64,000 nucleotides of DNA from Polyangiaceae bacterium (GTDB lineage Bacteria > Myxococcota_A > Polyangia > Polyangiales > Polyangiaceae). The DNA lies in the NCBI GenBank assembly GCA_044224815.1, contig JBGAJR010000019.1, positions 64,001 through 128,000 of the forward strand, written 5' to 3'. A program made the position numbers and the translations under genes. The notes below the pieces were generated by a model that had not been told where the DNA came from, did no database searches, and worked only from the letters and a program-made list of their open reading frames with translations. Positions 8,080 through 19,745 of this stretch are shown here, piece after piece (the stretch's first letter is position 1; the number at the start of each line of letters is the position of its first letter).

Positions 8080-10326
8080 TCACGGGATGCGCGCGCAGCG
8101 GAAGCCGTACGTGAGGTGGCGGCTGCCGAGCGCGTCTCCGCCCGACGTCTGGGTGTCGGTGCGCATCTTCGCCGGAGCGTCGTTGAACGACCCGCCGCGC
8201 GCGTAGAGCTGCGGTGACGGACGCGTCGGAGAGCCCTCCACGCAGTCGACGCAGGTGTTCGCGGGGAACGCGCTGGCGTGGAAGTCGAGCGTCCACTCCG
8301 CGAGGTTCCCCACCAAGTCGAGCTGACCGTACCGACCGCCTCCGAGCGCGGCGACTCCGCCGGGCACCGCGGGCAGCGTTCCCGGACACGCGCCGTCACC
8401 GCTCGCGCAGTACACCGCGTACTGCGGCGAGAGCGTGGCCGTGCCCCACGGGTGGTCGCGCTCGGGCGTTCCTCCCGACGCGGCGTAGTCCCACTCGGTC
8501 GCGCTCGGCAAGAAGCCGCCGTCCCAGATGCAGAATGCATACGCTTCGGCCCACGCGACGCAGTTGATCGCGCGCTGGGGATGGCTCAGGTAAGTCGCGT
8601 TCGCTCCGCCCTCGCAGCTCATCGCCGCCGCCCACGCGGGGAAGTCGCTCGGGATGTTGTTCTCCCAGACTTTGCTCCACCCCTCCTCGTAGTCGGGGGT
8701 CTTGCTGTTCAGTACGACGAGGCCGCTCCCGCCGTTCAGATGAACATGCTTGCCCGCTCCGGCCGCGGGGCGGAATCCAGCGCCGACCCACGCGTCGACG
8801 AACACCTTGAAGCGCGCCGCCGTGACCTCGTACTTGTCGAGCACGAAGCTCGTCACGGTCGAGGGGAACGTGGGATCGCCGAAGCGGTGGAAGCCTGCGC
8901 CGCCGGGCACCTTCGTCGCGGCGCAGCAGCTCTCGCTCTGGCCCGGTCCGCACGTGTCGAAGCCGTTCCCGGTCTGTCCATTGCAGCTCGGCGGCGGCCC
9001 GCACGCGTTGGGGCCGCCCACACCGCAGACTTGGTCGCCGGTGCACGTGTTCGGGCAGTTGATCCAATTGCCGCAGTTGTCGAGCGCGGGGCCGCAGGCC
9101 TTGCCCGTGCAGGCCGCCGCAGCGTTCGACGGGCAGACACAAGCGTACGTGCCGGCGTCGCTGGCGGTGCAAAGCTTTCCTTGCGGCTGACACGTGTCGG
9201 GGCAAATGATCGATTGCCCGCAGTTGTTGATCGCCGTGCCACAGGCCTTTCCGTTGCACGGCGTCAGGTTGTCGGCGACGCACGTGCAGGTGGATGGCGT
9301 GCCCTGGCACGTCTGGTCCGCGGCGCACGCGCCGCAGCTCGTCGATTCGCAGCCGTTGTTGCGATCGGTGGGCACGCACTTGCCGTTGCAAGCTTTGGTA
9401 CCAGGACCGCATGTGCCCACGACGCATGCGCCACCTTGGCAGAGCACGGTGCCGGCGCCCGCGTCGGGACAAGCCGCCGAGTTGCACGAGCTCTCGGTGC
9501 ATCCGTAGGTGGGATCGTTGGTCGCGACGCACTTGCCGTCGCAGAGCTTGTAGCCCGCTCCGCATCCAGAGAGAGTGCAGGCCTTGCCCGCGCCGCAGGT
9601 GAAGGTCGAGTTGGGATCGACCGAGCACGGCGCGCACGCTGCGGATCCGCACCCGTACCTGGGATCGAAGGTGCTCTGGCACGTGTCGGCGCAGCGCTTC
9701 TCGGAGCTGCCGCACGAGAGGCCACCGTCGGAGGGCGCGTCGACCGTGGCATCGGATGCCGCCGCGTCGGGCGGCACTTCGAGCGTGCCTGCGTCGTGCT
9801 CGTCGCCGGGTGAGTATGTGGGCAGGCTCGACGCGTCGACGCGCGACGACACGCAGGATCCGCTCCGCGGATCGCACGTCTCGCCGCCTGGACATCGTGA
9901 CCGCGCGACGTCACCGTCCGCGAATACTTGCGGTGTACAACGACCGCTCAGCACCACCTTCAGCGCGGCGACACGATCGGTGGGGATCTGCTCGACGAGG
10001 TTGTCGCGTCGGTCGAGCGGAACGCCGGCGCGCCAACCGACCACGCTGATTTGCACGGAGGCGGCGGGATTCCCGTTGGACGCGATCGCGAGGGTCGTGG
10101 GGAGCGTGACCTCGGCGGGGAGTCGATAGTCGCTCTTGCGGAGCGACTGACCGTTGGCGGCGATCTCGATCTCCAAGCGATCGAGCGAGAGCGGGCCGTC
10201 CTCCGCGACGATGAGCATGAGCCCACCGAGATCGCGCCCGCGCGTCGTCGAGCAACCGGTCGGGAGCGCGCCCAACGCGATCGCGAGGCCAGCGCAGGCG
10301 TAGGCGAGGCGACGCGTCACAACCAT
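8080..10326 (-). CDS. Lipoprotein with tandem Myxococcus-type cysteine-rich repeats and a C-terminal FGE-sulfatase (SUMF1/DUF323) domain
   Basis: Lipobox LPTGC. Repeated 30-35-aa Cys modules such as CGAGYKLCDGKCV, CGPGTKACNGKCV, TPCNGKACGTAINNCGQSIICPDTC and AACTGKACGPALDNCGNWINCPNTC. The last 250 aa match the FGE fold (YEVTAARF, INCVAWAEAYAFC, RGGSF, GFRCARIP). The final motif SRHLTYGFRCA contains a single Cys. Confidence 0.75.
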   Translation of the reverse strand: MVVTRRLAYACAGLAIALGALPTGCSTTRGRDLGGLMLIVAEDGPLSLDRLEIEIAANGQSLRKSDYRLPAEVTLPTTLAIASNGNPAASVQISVVGWRAGVPLDRRDNLVEQIPTDRVAALKVVLSGRCTPQVFADGDVARSRCPGGETCDPRSGSCVSSRVDASSLPTYSPGDEHDAGTLEVPPDAAASDATVDAPSDGGLSCGSSEKRCADTCQSTFDPRYGCGSAACAPCSVDPNSTFTCGAGKACTLSGCGAGYKLCDGKCVATNDPTYGCTESSCNSAACPDAGAGTVLCQGGACVVGTCGPGTKACNGKCVPTDRNNGCESTSCGACAADQTCQGTPSTCTCVADNLTPCNGKACGTAINNCGQSIICPDTCQPQGKLCTASDAGTYACVCPSNAAAACTGKACGPALDNCGNWINCPNTCTGDQVCGVGGPNACGPPPSCNGQTGNGFDTCGPGQSESCCAATKVPGGAGFHRFGDPTFPSTVTSFVLDKYEVTAARFKVFVDAWVGAGFRPAAGAGKHVHLNGGSGLVVLNSKTPDYEEGWSKVWENNIPSDFPAWAAAMSCEGGANATYLSHPQRAINCVAWAEAYAFCIWDGGFLPSATEWDYAASGGTPERDHPWGTATLSPQYAVYCASGDGACPGTLPAVPGGVAALGGGRYGQLDLVGNLAEWTLDFHASAFPANTCVDCVEGSPTRPSPQLYARGGSFNDAPAKMRTDTQTSGGDALGSRHLTYGFRCARIP

Positions 10327-10375
10327 CGGGAACGCCTAGCGTATCAGAACGCCAGGGGCTCCCCACCGAGTCGGA

Positions 10376-11455
10376 TCAGAACTGGCCGGCTCCGCTCGCG
10401 CCGCATTGGGCGCACGCCGGATCGCTGGGGTTCTTGGCGCACGTCATCGGGCAATACTGGACGCGGTTGAAGACGAGCGGGTTCGTGCCGTCGCCGATCT
10501 CGTCGCAGAGGACGCTCTTCCCGATGACGGTCATCTCGCCGTAGACCGCCGAGCCCGCCATGATCTTGTCGACGCACGCCGAGTTGTTGCTCACCCAACC
10601 TGGGAGCTCGGGGAAGGCCTGGGGAGTGTTCTCTTTGAGGTAGTCGCCTTCGGTGCACACGGTGCCGAGCGAGCAATCACTCGGCGAAGGGTTCTTCGCG
10701 TCGCCGGCCTTGATCGTGTAGCAGAGCTTCAAGTGCCCCGCGCAGTCGACCGTCAGGGTGTTCTTGCTCCACGGCGTGGAAGGCGTCGTGTTGGGCGGCG
10801 GCGTGCCGCCTGCGCAGGTGGCCGACGTCGCGTAGCTCCCGGTGCCGCCTTGCACGAAGCACGGGACGAGGTTGTCGATCTTCCACTGGCCCTGCGAGAA
10901 GCACTTGCACGCTTGCGCGCCCTTGGTCGCGCCCGGCGTCGGGAGCTCGAACCCTTGGCACTTGCCCCACACCTTGCCGAGCTCGCCCTTGGTCTCGCAG
11001 GTGGTCGTACCGTCTTTGCATTGACCGAGATCGCGATTCACGCGCTTGCCCGGCCAGCACGACGCCTTCTCCCCGAGCGTTTTGCACGGGCAGCCCTCTT
11101 TGTTCTTGTCGTCGGGGCAGTCGGGCGTGCCGCCTGGCGGAGCCGGCGCGGGCTTGCCTGCCGGACCACACCACTTCGGCGGCGGGTCGTTGGCCCAGAT
11201 CTGATCGGGCGTGTACGTCTCGTCCTTGGGCGCGACGTCGTCGCCGAAAGTCGGCGCGCCGGCCTCGGCTTGGGCGTTGGCGTTGCTTTGGGGAACGCCG
11301 TCGCGGTCGGTGGAGCTGCACGCCGACGCGGCCGCAGCGATCGCGGCCGCGGTTACGAGCAAGGAGAAGAGGGGCTTTCGCACGGCGAGCACATACCCTG
11401 CCGCGGCCACAAAGCTTCCTCTCGGGTGCCAGTCGACCGTTAAATGCAGATGCAA
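10376..11455 (-). CDS. Cysteine-rich secreted lipoprotein
   Basis: Signal peptide LLVTAAAIAAAASAC. About 30 Cys over 359 aa. Same orientation as the FGE-domain lipoprotein and directly upstream of it. The true start may be an internal GTG. Confidence 0.55.
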   Translation of the reverse strand: MHLHLTVDWHPRGSFVAAAGYVLAVRKPLFSLLVTAAAIAAAASACSSTDRDGVPQSNANAQAEAGAPTFGDDVAPKDETYTPDQIWANDPPPKWCGPAGKPAPAPPGGTPDCPDDKNKEGCPCKTLGEKASCWPGKRVNRDLGQCKDGTTTCETKGELGKVWGKCQGFELPTPGATKGAQACKCFSQGQWKIDNLVPCFVQGGTGSYATSATCAGGTPPPNTTPSTPWSKNTLTVDCAGHLKLCYTIKAGDAKNPSPSDCSLGTVCTEGDYLKENTPQAFPELPGWVSNNSACVDKIMAGSAVYGEMTVIGKSVLCDEIGDGTNPLVFNRVQYCPMTCAKNPSDPACAQCGASGAGQF

Positions 11456-13345
11456 ATGCGGAGCGCCGCCGACTTAGTCCCGAAAAGCGCGCCATGGCGG
11501 CGCGCGGCGTCGGTCGCTGCGGGCGCGCTCGTGCCCGGGCTCGCCGTCGTCGCGTTCGACTTCGTCCTGCGCGGTGCACAGCTCACGCGTTACCGCGCCG
11601 ACCTCTTCCAGTTCTATCTGGGCACCGCGGCGCTCTCGCTCGTGCTCTGGGCAGCGGCGGTGTCGTTCGTCGCGAGCTTGGAGCGCGCCCGCGTGCTCGG
11701 CGTCGCGCTACTCGCGTCCGCCGCGATGCTCGTCGTCGGCAGCCAGATCTACTGTCACGGTCGCTACGGCGCGTATCTGAACCATCGCGCGGCGGCGGTG
11801 GGCATGTCGGTGATGCCCAGCGTGGGCCAGCAGATCTGGACTGATCGCGCGACCGTGGCCACGGCGCTCGGCGCGCCGGCGCTGGTGGTCGTGATCGCTG
11901 CGCTTCTTTCGCTGCGCGCGCGCAGGAAACACGTGCCCGACGCAGGCGCGCTTCGTCGCGCGAGCCGGGACGTGCTCGTCGCGGCCGTCCTCGCGTCGTT
12001 CTTCGCGGCCCCCAAGGGCGGCGATCAGCAATCGGCCACCCCCGACGTGCTCTACATGTCTGCGCTCGGCGAGCTCGCCGCGGCCCGCTGGCGCCACGAG
12101 GTGGACGCCGCGCGCGTGACGCCCGGTCCGCGCCATCCGCTGCCGGTGCCCACGCTGCGCCGCTCCGCGGACGTGCCACCGCGCGACGTCGTCTTCATCG
12201 TCACCGAGTCCGTGCGCGCGAGCGACACCTGCGTCGTTCCCGGTGCGCCCTGCACGACGACGCCGTTCACCGACGCGCTCCTGCCCAAGCGCTACGCCTT
12301 TTCCCAAATGCGCGCGCTCGCCTCGACGACCGCGATCTCCCTCGCGGTCTTGTGGAGCGGCCTCGGCACCGACGCGTCGCGCGAAGCGTTTCACACGATG
12401 CCGCTCGCCTGGGACTACGCCGCCGCGGCTGGCGTCGACGGCGCCTACTTCACGGCGCAGAACCTCTTCTTCGCCAACGCGGGCACTTGGCTCGACGGGA
12501 TCCCGGCTCGGCATCGCGTGAGCGCGACGCAGCTCACGCCGTACTCGACTTACGAGATCGGCGCCGACGAGCGCACTCTCGTGGACTACGTCGTGGCCCA
12601 CGCCGGAGAGCTGCGCTCGCCGTACTTCGCGGTGGTGCACCTATCCAACACGCACGCGCCGTATTTGATCGACCCCGACGACGCGCCGTTCCAGCCGCAG
12701 GTGCTCGGGTTCGGGCCGGGTCCGATCGCGCCCATCCACAACCGCTACAAGGATGCCATCCATCGGCAGGACAAGATCGTGGCGCGCCTCGTGCGCGAGC
12801 TCCGTGCGCGCGGACACGATCGCACGGTGTTCGTGTTCACGTCCGATCACGGCGAGCAGATGCGCGAGCGCGGCGCCCTCACGCACACGACCTCGGTCAT
12901 CGATCCCGAGGTGCGCGTGCCGTTTTGGATCGACGCGCCGCCCGGAACGCTGACCCCCGCCGAGTCGGCGGCGCTCGCGGCGCAGCGAGACACGCCGCGC
13001 ACCATGCTCGACGTGCTCCCGACCCTGCTCGATCTCATGGGCGTGTGGGACGCGCCCGAGATCGCGCCCTTCCGCGGGCGGCTCGCGGGAGCGAGCTTGC
13101 TCCGCGGAGGCTCGGACACGTCCCGTCCGGTGCTGCTCTCGAACTGCAGCGAGCTCTTCGCGTGCGCGTTCAAGAACTGGGGTGCGATCGCGGGAACGAG
13201 GAAGCTCTTGGCGAGCCAGAACGACGCAGCGTGGCAGTGCTACGACATCGCCGCCGATCCCGACGAGACGAGAGACCTCGGCGCGGCTGCGTGCGCCGAC
13301 CTCCGGGCCGTCGCTGAGGGTGGCGGTCGCGGCACTCCGTTTTGA
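11444..13345 (+). CDS. Polytopic membrane protein with a sulfatase/alkaline-phosphatase superfamily domain (LtaS/EptA-like phosphotransferase family)
   Basis: About 5 N-terminal TM helices. The catalytic-domain motifs are DVVFIVTESVRASD, HLSNTHAPY and FTSDHGEQ. There is no C/S-x-P-x-R sulfatase motif, so FGE-type modification is unlikely. Paralog of 22686..24488. Confidence 0.75.
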   Translation: MQMQMRSAADLVPKSAPWRRAASVAAGALVPGLAVVAFDFVLRGAQLTRYRADLFQFYLGTAALSLVLWAAAVSFVASLERARVLGVALLASAAMLVVGSQIYCHGRYGAYLNHRAAAVGMSVMPSVGQQIWTDRATVATALGAPALVVVIAALLSLRARRKHVPDAGALRRASRDVLVAAVLASFFAAPKGGDQQSATPDVLYMSALGELAAARWRHEVDAARVTPGPRHPLPVPTLRRSADVPPRDVVFIVTESVRASDTCVVPGAPCTTTPFTDALLPKRYAFSQMRALASTTAISLAVLWSGLGTDASREAFHTMPLAWDYAAAAGVDGAYFTAQNLFFANAGTWLDGIPARHRVSATQLTPYSTYEIGADERTLVDYVVAHAGELRSPYFAVVHLSNTHAPYLIDPDDAPFQPQVLGFGPGPIAPIHNRYKDAIHRQDKIVARLVRELRARGHDRTVFVFTSDHGEQMRERGALTHTTSVIDPEVRVPFWIDAPPGTLTPAESAALAAQRDTPRTMLDVLPTLLDLMGVWDAPEIAPFRGRLAGASLLRGGSDTSRPVLLSNCSELFACAFKNWGAIAGTRKLLASQNDAAWQCYDIAADPDETRDLGAAACADLRAVAEGGGRGTPF

Positions 13346-13351
13346 TGGACG

Positions 13352-14146
13352 TCAGCCCGCGCGTCGCTCGACGACCCAGCGCGCGAGCGGGCTCAGGAGG
13401 TCGAGCGCGTCGCTCTCGCGCACACGCTTGGGGAGGAGCAGCGCACGCGCCACGAACGCTTCGCGCGCATCGTCGTCGTCGATCTCCGAAGCCAGCTTGC
13501 CCACGAGCTCGACCCATCGCGCGCGCGGCACCTGGCCGGCGAGGTTGGTGACCGAGGCGCGCGCGCCGTCGAAGACGATCTCGGCGGCGAAGCCGAGCGC
13601 CTCGATCGCCATCGCGCGGAGGCGCTCCACCACGAGCGGCTCGACCGCGCGCGGCGACGGCGTCGCGTCGGGCGCGGCCGGCGTCGCTTCGCCACGGGCG
13701 AAGAACCCGGACGTGGTGCGCGGGCCGTCGGCATCCACGGGCGCGGTCGCGGCGCTCGCGGCGAGCGCGCTGGCTTGCGCCGCGATCGCGGCGCGCGCGA
13801 TCTGCTGCGTGGCGCGGGTGAGGTGCGCGACGACGACGTCGACGTCGGCCTCGGGATCGATCAGCACGACGAAGGTCGAAGACGCGCTCCGGCGGAGGAG
13901 CACCCGAACGAGCAAGTGCTCGACGAACGTCACCCCCTCGTCGAAGGGCACCGCCACGTCGGTGGGGGCGGCGAGCTCTTGGAGCATCGGGATCACGCGG
14001 CCGGCGCCGAGCGCTTGGAACGACTCTCCGACGAAGCAGGAGAGGCAGTGGCCGCTCTCGTCGAACGCCGCCGCGGCGAGCACGCCGGGCACGTCGCTCA
14101 GCCGATCGATCAGCGTCGTGTAGAGGCGGGTCGGTTCGGCGCTCAC
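13352..14146 (-). CDS. Hypothetical protein whose N-terminus is Roadblock/LC7-like (MglB-like)
   Basis: 264 aa. The N-terminal region (LYTTLIDRLSDVPGVLAAAAFDESGHCL) resembles the Roadblock/LC7 fold. No GTPase partner is in the window. The domain assignment is a weak inference. Confidence 0.45.
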   Translation of the reverse strand: MSAEPTRLYTTLIDRLSDVPGVLAAAAFDESGHCLSCFVGESFQALGAGRVIPMLQELAAPTDVAVPFDEGVTFVEHLLVRVLLRRSASSTFVVLIDPEADVDVVVAHLTRATQQIARAAIAAQASALAASAATAPVDADGPRTTSGFFARGEATPAAPDATPSPRAVEPLVVERLRAMAIEALGFAAEIVFDGARASVTNLAGQVPRARWVELVGKLASEIDDDDAREAFVARALLLPKRVRESDALDLLSPLARWVVERRAG

Positions 14147-14332
14147 CCCTGCGTGCTAGCGCGCTACATCAGGCGTCGCAATGAATCCCCGCTGATTCGT
14201 GGGCGATTTTCGATGTCCCCGGATCACACGCGAACCACCCATCGCGAAAACCACGAGCGCCGCGCGTCGCCTTCGGGAGACGGATTCGCCCGTTGGGGCC
14301 CGAGGACCTCGGCCGCTCCCGATGAGCTTCGT

Positions 14333-16669
<2,337 letters not shown>

Positions 16670-16708
16670 TTCTTCCAGAGTGCGGCGGCCGGCGCAAGCG
16701 CCAGCGGG

Positions 16709-18577
16709 TCAGCGGCGCGCCGCGCGCGAATACACGCTCACGATCGGCACGCCGTCGTGGCGGAGGATGAACGCCGGCGCCACGGTCTGGTAGGCAATCC
16801 AGATCGAGTAGTCGACCTCGTTCATGTGGAGCTCGTGATGAACGAGGGCGATCTGTGCCTCGCTCGGGCTGCCCACGCCGCGAAGGTCGGGCCGGATGCG
16901 TTTCTCGGCGATGAGGCGCTCCCACGACGGCCAAGACGTGTCGTGGATGAAGACCGCTGCACGCTGCGGCGCGTTGGCCTCGAGCCACGGGCCGACGCTC
17001 TCGGTGGTGTAGCCCCAAAACTGGCGGTTCAAGCCGAGGTCGGCGCCGCCTGCGGTGCCGCCCACGAGGGGCACGTAGGTCGAGAGGCCGAACGGGTGCG
17101 AGTGCTTGGTGATCGCCAAGGGGCCGACGATGGCCGCCACGCCGAGCGCCCACGGCGCGGCCTCGCGCCAGTCGGGCCGCTTCTCGGCGAGCCAGGTGTC
17201 CATCGCGGCGCGCGCGAGATCGAAGCCGCGTCCCGCGAGGAGCGCGAGGAACGGGTACGCCGGCATCCAGTGCTTGGTGCCGCCGAAAATGGGCGTCGTG
17301 GGGAGGAAGAACACGGCGAGCGGGCCGGCGAACGCGAGCCCGATCAAGAGATCGGTCGCGCCGTCGGGGCCGCGCCCGTCGGGCGCCGCGAGGAACGCCG
17401 CCTTGTCGCGGAAGAACGCCGTGACGCGCGCGAGGCTCGTCTTGATGCGCTCGCCGCCGCCCAACAAGAAGAGGAGGATCGTGACGGTGGGCACGCTCGC
17501 GAGCACGAGCACCGGCGCGTAGAGCGGCGGCGACGGCGGGCCGAAGTAGTTCCGGCCCAAGAACTCCATGTTGTAGTACTCGTGGTGAACGTGGAAGTTC
17601 ACGTACTCGTCGATGCGCGGCTTGGTGTCGAACCACATCCAAGGCCAGAGCGCATAGAAGACGAGCGGCCCGAGGGTGCTCATCGAGACGAGGTTCCACG
17701 GGATCGCTGACGCGGGCTTCTTGCCGCCGAGGAATCCGCGCGCGTACGTGAACGCGGCGTGGGGCACGAAGACGAGCGGGAGGATCCACGCGTTGTGCTT
17801 GGTCTCGAGCGTGAGGCCGTACACGACCCCGGCGGCGATGGCCCAGCCCACCGAGCCTTCTTCGGCGCTTCGCCAGTAGACGTACACGCTGAGGAGCCAC
17901 ATCGCGACGATGGGCACGTCGAAGCAGGCGAGGTGCGCGTTGTAGAAGAGGTGCGGCATCAAGCCGAGCAGCACCGCCGCCACGACGCCGGCCGGACGCG
18001 AGAACGCGCGCGCGCCGAAGAGGTACGTGACCCAGATCGCGAGGCCGCCCATGGCCATGCCCGGGAAGCGGAAGGCGGTGCTCGCGTCAGCGAACACGTG
18101 CCACTTTTTGTGGAGCACCATCCACGAGATCGCGAAGAGCCCCTTCATGAGCGAGGGGTGCTCGTGGTTCGTGCCCCAATAGCCGTCGACGACGTTTTGC
18201 TGCATCGCCGCGCGGCCCTGCTCCATCAAGCGCTCGAACCACCCGGCGTAGGTCGAGGCGGCATGGAAATAGAAGCCCTCGTCGCGCGCGAAGCCCAGGC
18301 CCCGCGCGGTCGAGAGGAGCCACCCGAGGTAGAGGAGCCCGAGGACCGCGCCCACCACGTGATCGGCGGGGCCAATCGGTCCTTTGAGGTCAAACGATAG
18401 GGACTGCTTCGACGCGGTGCGCGTGACCGGCGCGGAGGCCGCCGCTTGCGGCGCTTTCGCGTCTTCGCCGATGGCGTCGGAGGTCTCGAGCTTCGCCGGT
18501 TCGGGCGCGGCGCTGTCGGTCGCTTCCGCGGGGCTCGCCTCCGGCTTCGCGTCGTCTTTCTCGTCCGGCGCGCTCAT
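16709..18577 (-). CDS. Polytopic membrane glycosyltransferase of the GT39/PMT_2 (ArnT/protein-O-mannosyltransferase) family. The track ORF to 19429 is over-extended.
   Basis: From MSAPDEKDD onward there are multiple TM helices and the loop-1 motif RDEGFYFHAASTYAGW, which resembles the PMT DE-motif loop. The ATG at 18577 overlaps the stop of the upstream gene (ATGA). Confidence 0.7.
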   Translation of the reverse strand: MSAPDEKDDAKPEASPAEATDSAAPEPAKLETSDAIGEDAKAPQAAASAPVTRTASKQSLSFDLKGPIGPADHVVGAVLGLLYLGWLLSTARGLGFARDEGFYFHAASTYAGWFERLMEQGRAAMQQNVVDGYWGTNHEHPSLMKGLFAISWMVLHKKWHVFADASTAFRFPGMAMGGLAIWVTYLFGARAFSRPAGVVAAVLLGLMPHLFYNAHLACFDVPIVAMWLLSVYVYWRSAEEGSVGWAIAAGVVYGLTLETKHNAWILPLVFVPHAAFTYARGFLGGKKPASAIPWNLVSMSTLGPLVFYALWPWMWFDTKPRIDEYVNFHVHHEYYNMEFLGRNYFGPPSPPLYAPVLVLASVPTVTILLFLLGGGERIKTSLARVTAFFRDKAAFLAAPDGRGPDGATDLLIGLAFAGPLAVFFLPTTPIFGGTKHWMPAYPFLALLAGRGFDLARAAMDTWLAEKRPDWREAAPWALGVAAIVGPLAITKHSHPFGLSTYVPLVGGTAGGADLGLNRQFWGYTTESVGPWLEANAPQRAAVFIHDTSWPSWERLIAEKRIRPDLRGVGSPSEAQIALVHHELHMNEVDYSIWIAYQTVAPAFILRHDGVPIVSVYSRAARR

Positions 18578-19500
18578 CGGGTGATCCCTTCGAAGCAGTA
18601 CATGCGGCGGTTCGCGCTGGGCGCCGTCACCTCGGCGACGAGGTCGGCGGTTTTCCCTTTGAGCTCGTTCGTCGGAAGATCGAACGCCTTCCAGCCCTCG
18701 CCGTCGCGATGGACGACCTTGCCGAGCCGGACGTCTCCGGAGCGGAACGACAGGCTCACGTCCGGCCCGTCTTTGCCGCGCTCGGCTTCGACGTAGAGTC
18801 CATGGTGACCGTGGAGCACCTCGCCGAACTTCACGTTCTTGAAGGTGAGGACGAGCGCGTGCGCGCCGCCCGGGGGCGTCGCGAGGAGGCAGCGCCGCGG
18901 GTAGTAGTCGAGATCGGCCGCGACGCTGACGCCCACGGCGCCGCTCGGGCAGCCGAAGCGCTCGCTCGGGATGGCGGGCCCTGCGCCCAGGCCGCCGGCC
19001 ATTGCGCCACCCGGGGACCACTGACACGGCGTCTCGCTCTGATCGCGGGCGTCGCGTCGCGCGGCGGTCATGCCGTCGGGGCTCGGCGAGACGTGACGAA
19101 GGAGATCGTCGAGCGTGGGCGCGTAGCTCGGGTTCTCGAGGACACGCACGGTGACGCCGCCGGCGCGCTCCTCGGATGCGACGCGCCACGGGGCGAGCTC
19201 GGGGTCGTGCTTGCCGCGGATGGAGACCTCGAACGCGCGCGGGAAGCGTGAGACGTCGGCGCGCGCGACGCGCTCGAGGGTCGCGAGGCCGTCGCCGAAG
19301 ATCTCGCGCCCGATCGGGTCGGTCCACCGCGGCGCGAACGCGATCAGATCCTCGCGCTTGGCTTGTGCGGCCACGAGCTCTTTGGCGCGCACCCAGTCCG
19401 CGTCCGGCACGACGTGGCTCGTCTGCCAAAGGTGCGCGCCGAGCTCGACCACGCCGGCGAGCGGCAAAAGCGCCAGCACCCAGACCTTCGGCGAAACCAT
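18574..19500 (-). CDS. Hypothetical secreted or periplasmic protein, translationally coupled to the GT39-family gene
   Basis: 308 aa. N-terminal signal/anchor VWVLALLPLAGVV. Its stop overlaps the downstream ATG by 4 bp. Confidence 0.55.
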   Translation of the reverse strand: MVSPKVWVLALLPLAGVVELGAHLWQTSHVVPDADWVRAKELVAAQAKREDLIAFAPRWTDPIGREIFGDGLATLERVARADVSRFPRAFEVSIRGKHDPELAPWRVASEERAGGVTVRVLENPSYAPTLDDLLRHVSPSPDGMTAARRDARDQSETPCQWSPGGAMAGGLGAGPAIPSERFGCPSGAVGVSVAADLDYYPRRCLLATPPGGAHALVLTFKNVKFGEVLHGHHGLYVEAERGKDGPDVSLSFRSGDVRLGKVVHRDGEGWKAFDLPTNELKGKTADLVAEVTAPSANRRMYCFEGITR

Positions 19501-19745
19501 CTACCTCGCCGAGCTACCACATTTCCCTCTGCGCCGCTCTGGCGAGCGGTGCCGGAGGTCGCTCGCTCAGAGCCAGTCGGCGGGGATGCCGAAGTCGACG
19601 GCCCACGTTCCCGTGTTGGTGCTCGGTGAGACAAGGAGCGAGCTCTTCGGGCATCGTTCGCGCGTCGCAGGACGACGAGAAATGAAGATGGCCCGCGGCG
19701 TCGTCGACACCACGGGCCATTCCACGGATCGAAGCGGAGGCGTGC

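Noticed and set aside
8278-9895. 511-aa plus-strand and 499-aa minus-strand ORFs overlapping the FGE-domain lipoprotein
   Set aside because: They are alternative frames of the same region. Only the 748-aa frame has a signal peptide, the cysteine repeats and an FGE domain.
18578-19429. N-terminal 280 aa of the 906-aa track ORF (16709..19429)
   Set aside because: Arg-rich with no coding character. The real start is the internal MSAPDEKDD with an ATGA overlap to the 308-aa upstream gene, which has a signal peptide.
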